Below, one piece after another: positions 33,335 to 33,754 of a stretch of 33,754 nt of DNA. Origin of the DNA: Batkoa obscura (Eukaryota); NCBI GenBank assembly GCA_030770535.1, contig JASVEC010000191.1, forward strand, positions 1 to 33,754, written 5' to 3'. The notes under the pieces were generated by a model. The model ran no database searches. It saw nothing but the letters and a program-made list of their open reading frames with translations, and had not been told where the DNA came from. Every line of letters starts with the position of its first letter. Positions within the stretch are counted from its first letter, which is position 1. The position numbers and the translations under genes were made by a program.

Positions 33335-33754
33335 ATATAGTAATTGGATTTTTTTCTAACCTTAGTATGCCAATTCCTATATTTTACAAAGGTTTTTCCC
33401 TTTCATTCTCTTGTCTTGATATCATCGCCAATTAATAACATAAATTATAACATAATAATGACCAAACGGCCATTACGGTGAATCACCATAATTTATTAAT
33501 AAAGGTAGATGATCCATCCTGATAACACGGTAATATGAGAAATAATGATTAATAGTAATGGTGTATGGCTTAAAGAATGAATTACTAATAAATTTCTTTA
33601 ATAAAGTTGAAACTAAATTTATTTAAAATAATATAAATTTTAAAAACATATTCCCTATATATAGTTATTATTTTTGAGCTACTTATATTTGTTATCTTTA
33701 AGGGATAGTTAAGTTTAAATGACTTGTCTAGTGTTTTAAAATTATATCAGCTTA

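Noticed and set aside
32366..33435. ORFs 32366-32575 and 33241-33435
   Set aside because: Both are translations of MITE copies plus flank.

Overview
Very AT-rich eukaryotic DNA with short (about 45-80 nt) GT-AG introns. It is most consistent with an early-diverging fungus (Zoopagomycota/Entomophthoromycotina-like); this is inferred from gene content and architecture only. Genes: an 8-exon threonine deaminase (ILV1), an ECHDC1-like crotonase, three intronless Gti1/Pac2 (WOPR) transcription-factor paralogs, a 6-exon mitochondrial NAD+-type carrier, a 6-exon coiled-coil protein resembling a motor-less kinesin-5 stalk/tail, two hypothetical ORFs, two identical tRNA-Leu(TAA) and one tRNA-Ala(TGC). 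The main unannotated signal is a DNA-transposon system. About 20 copies of a ~98-bp MITE (GGGGATGT...ACATCCCC ends) carry copy-specific 4-bp target duplications. A frameshifted transposase fossil (7833-8323, NFFxxHHGKSIVDGHF motif, Sola2-like by recalled motif) starts behind the same left end and carries a 4-bp footprint-like duplication. Two inverted MITE pairs have copied each other's flanks, making perfect 73-bp and 247-bp inverted repeats. All alignments were done by eye; no searches were run.
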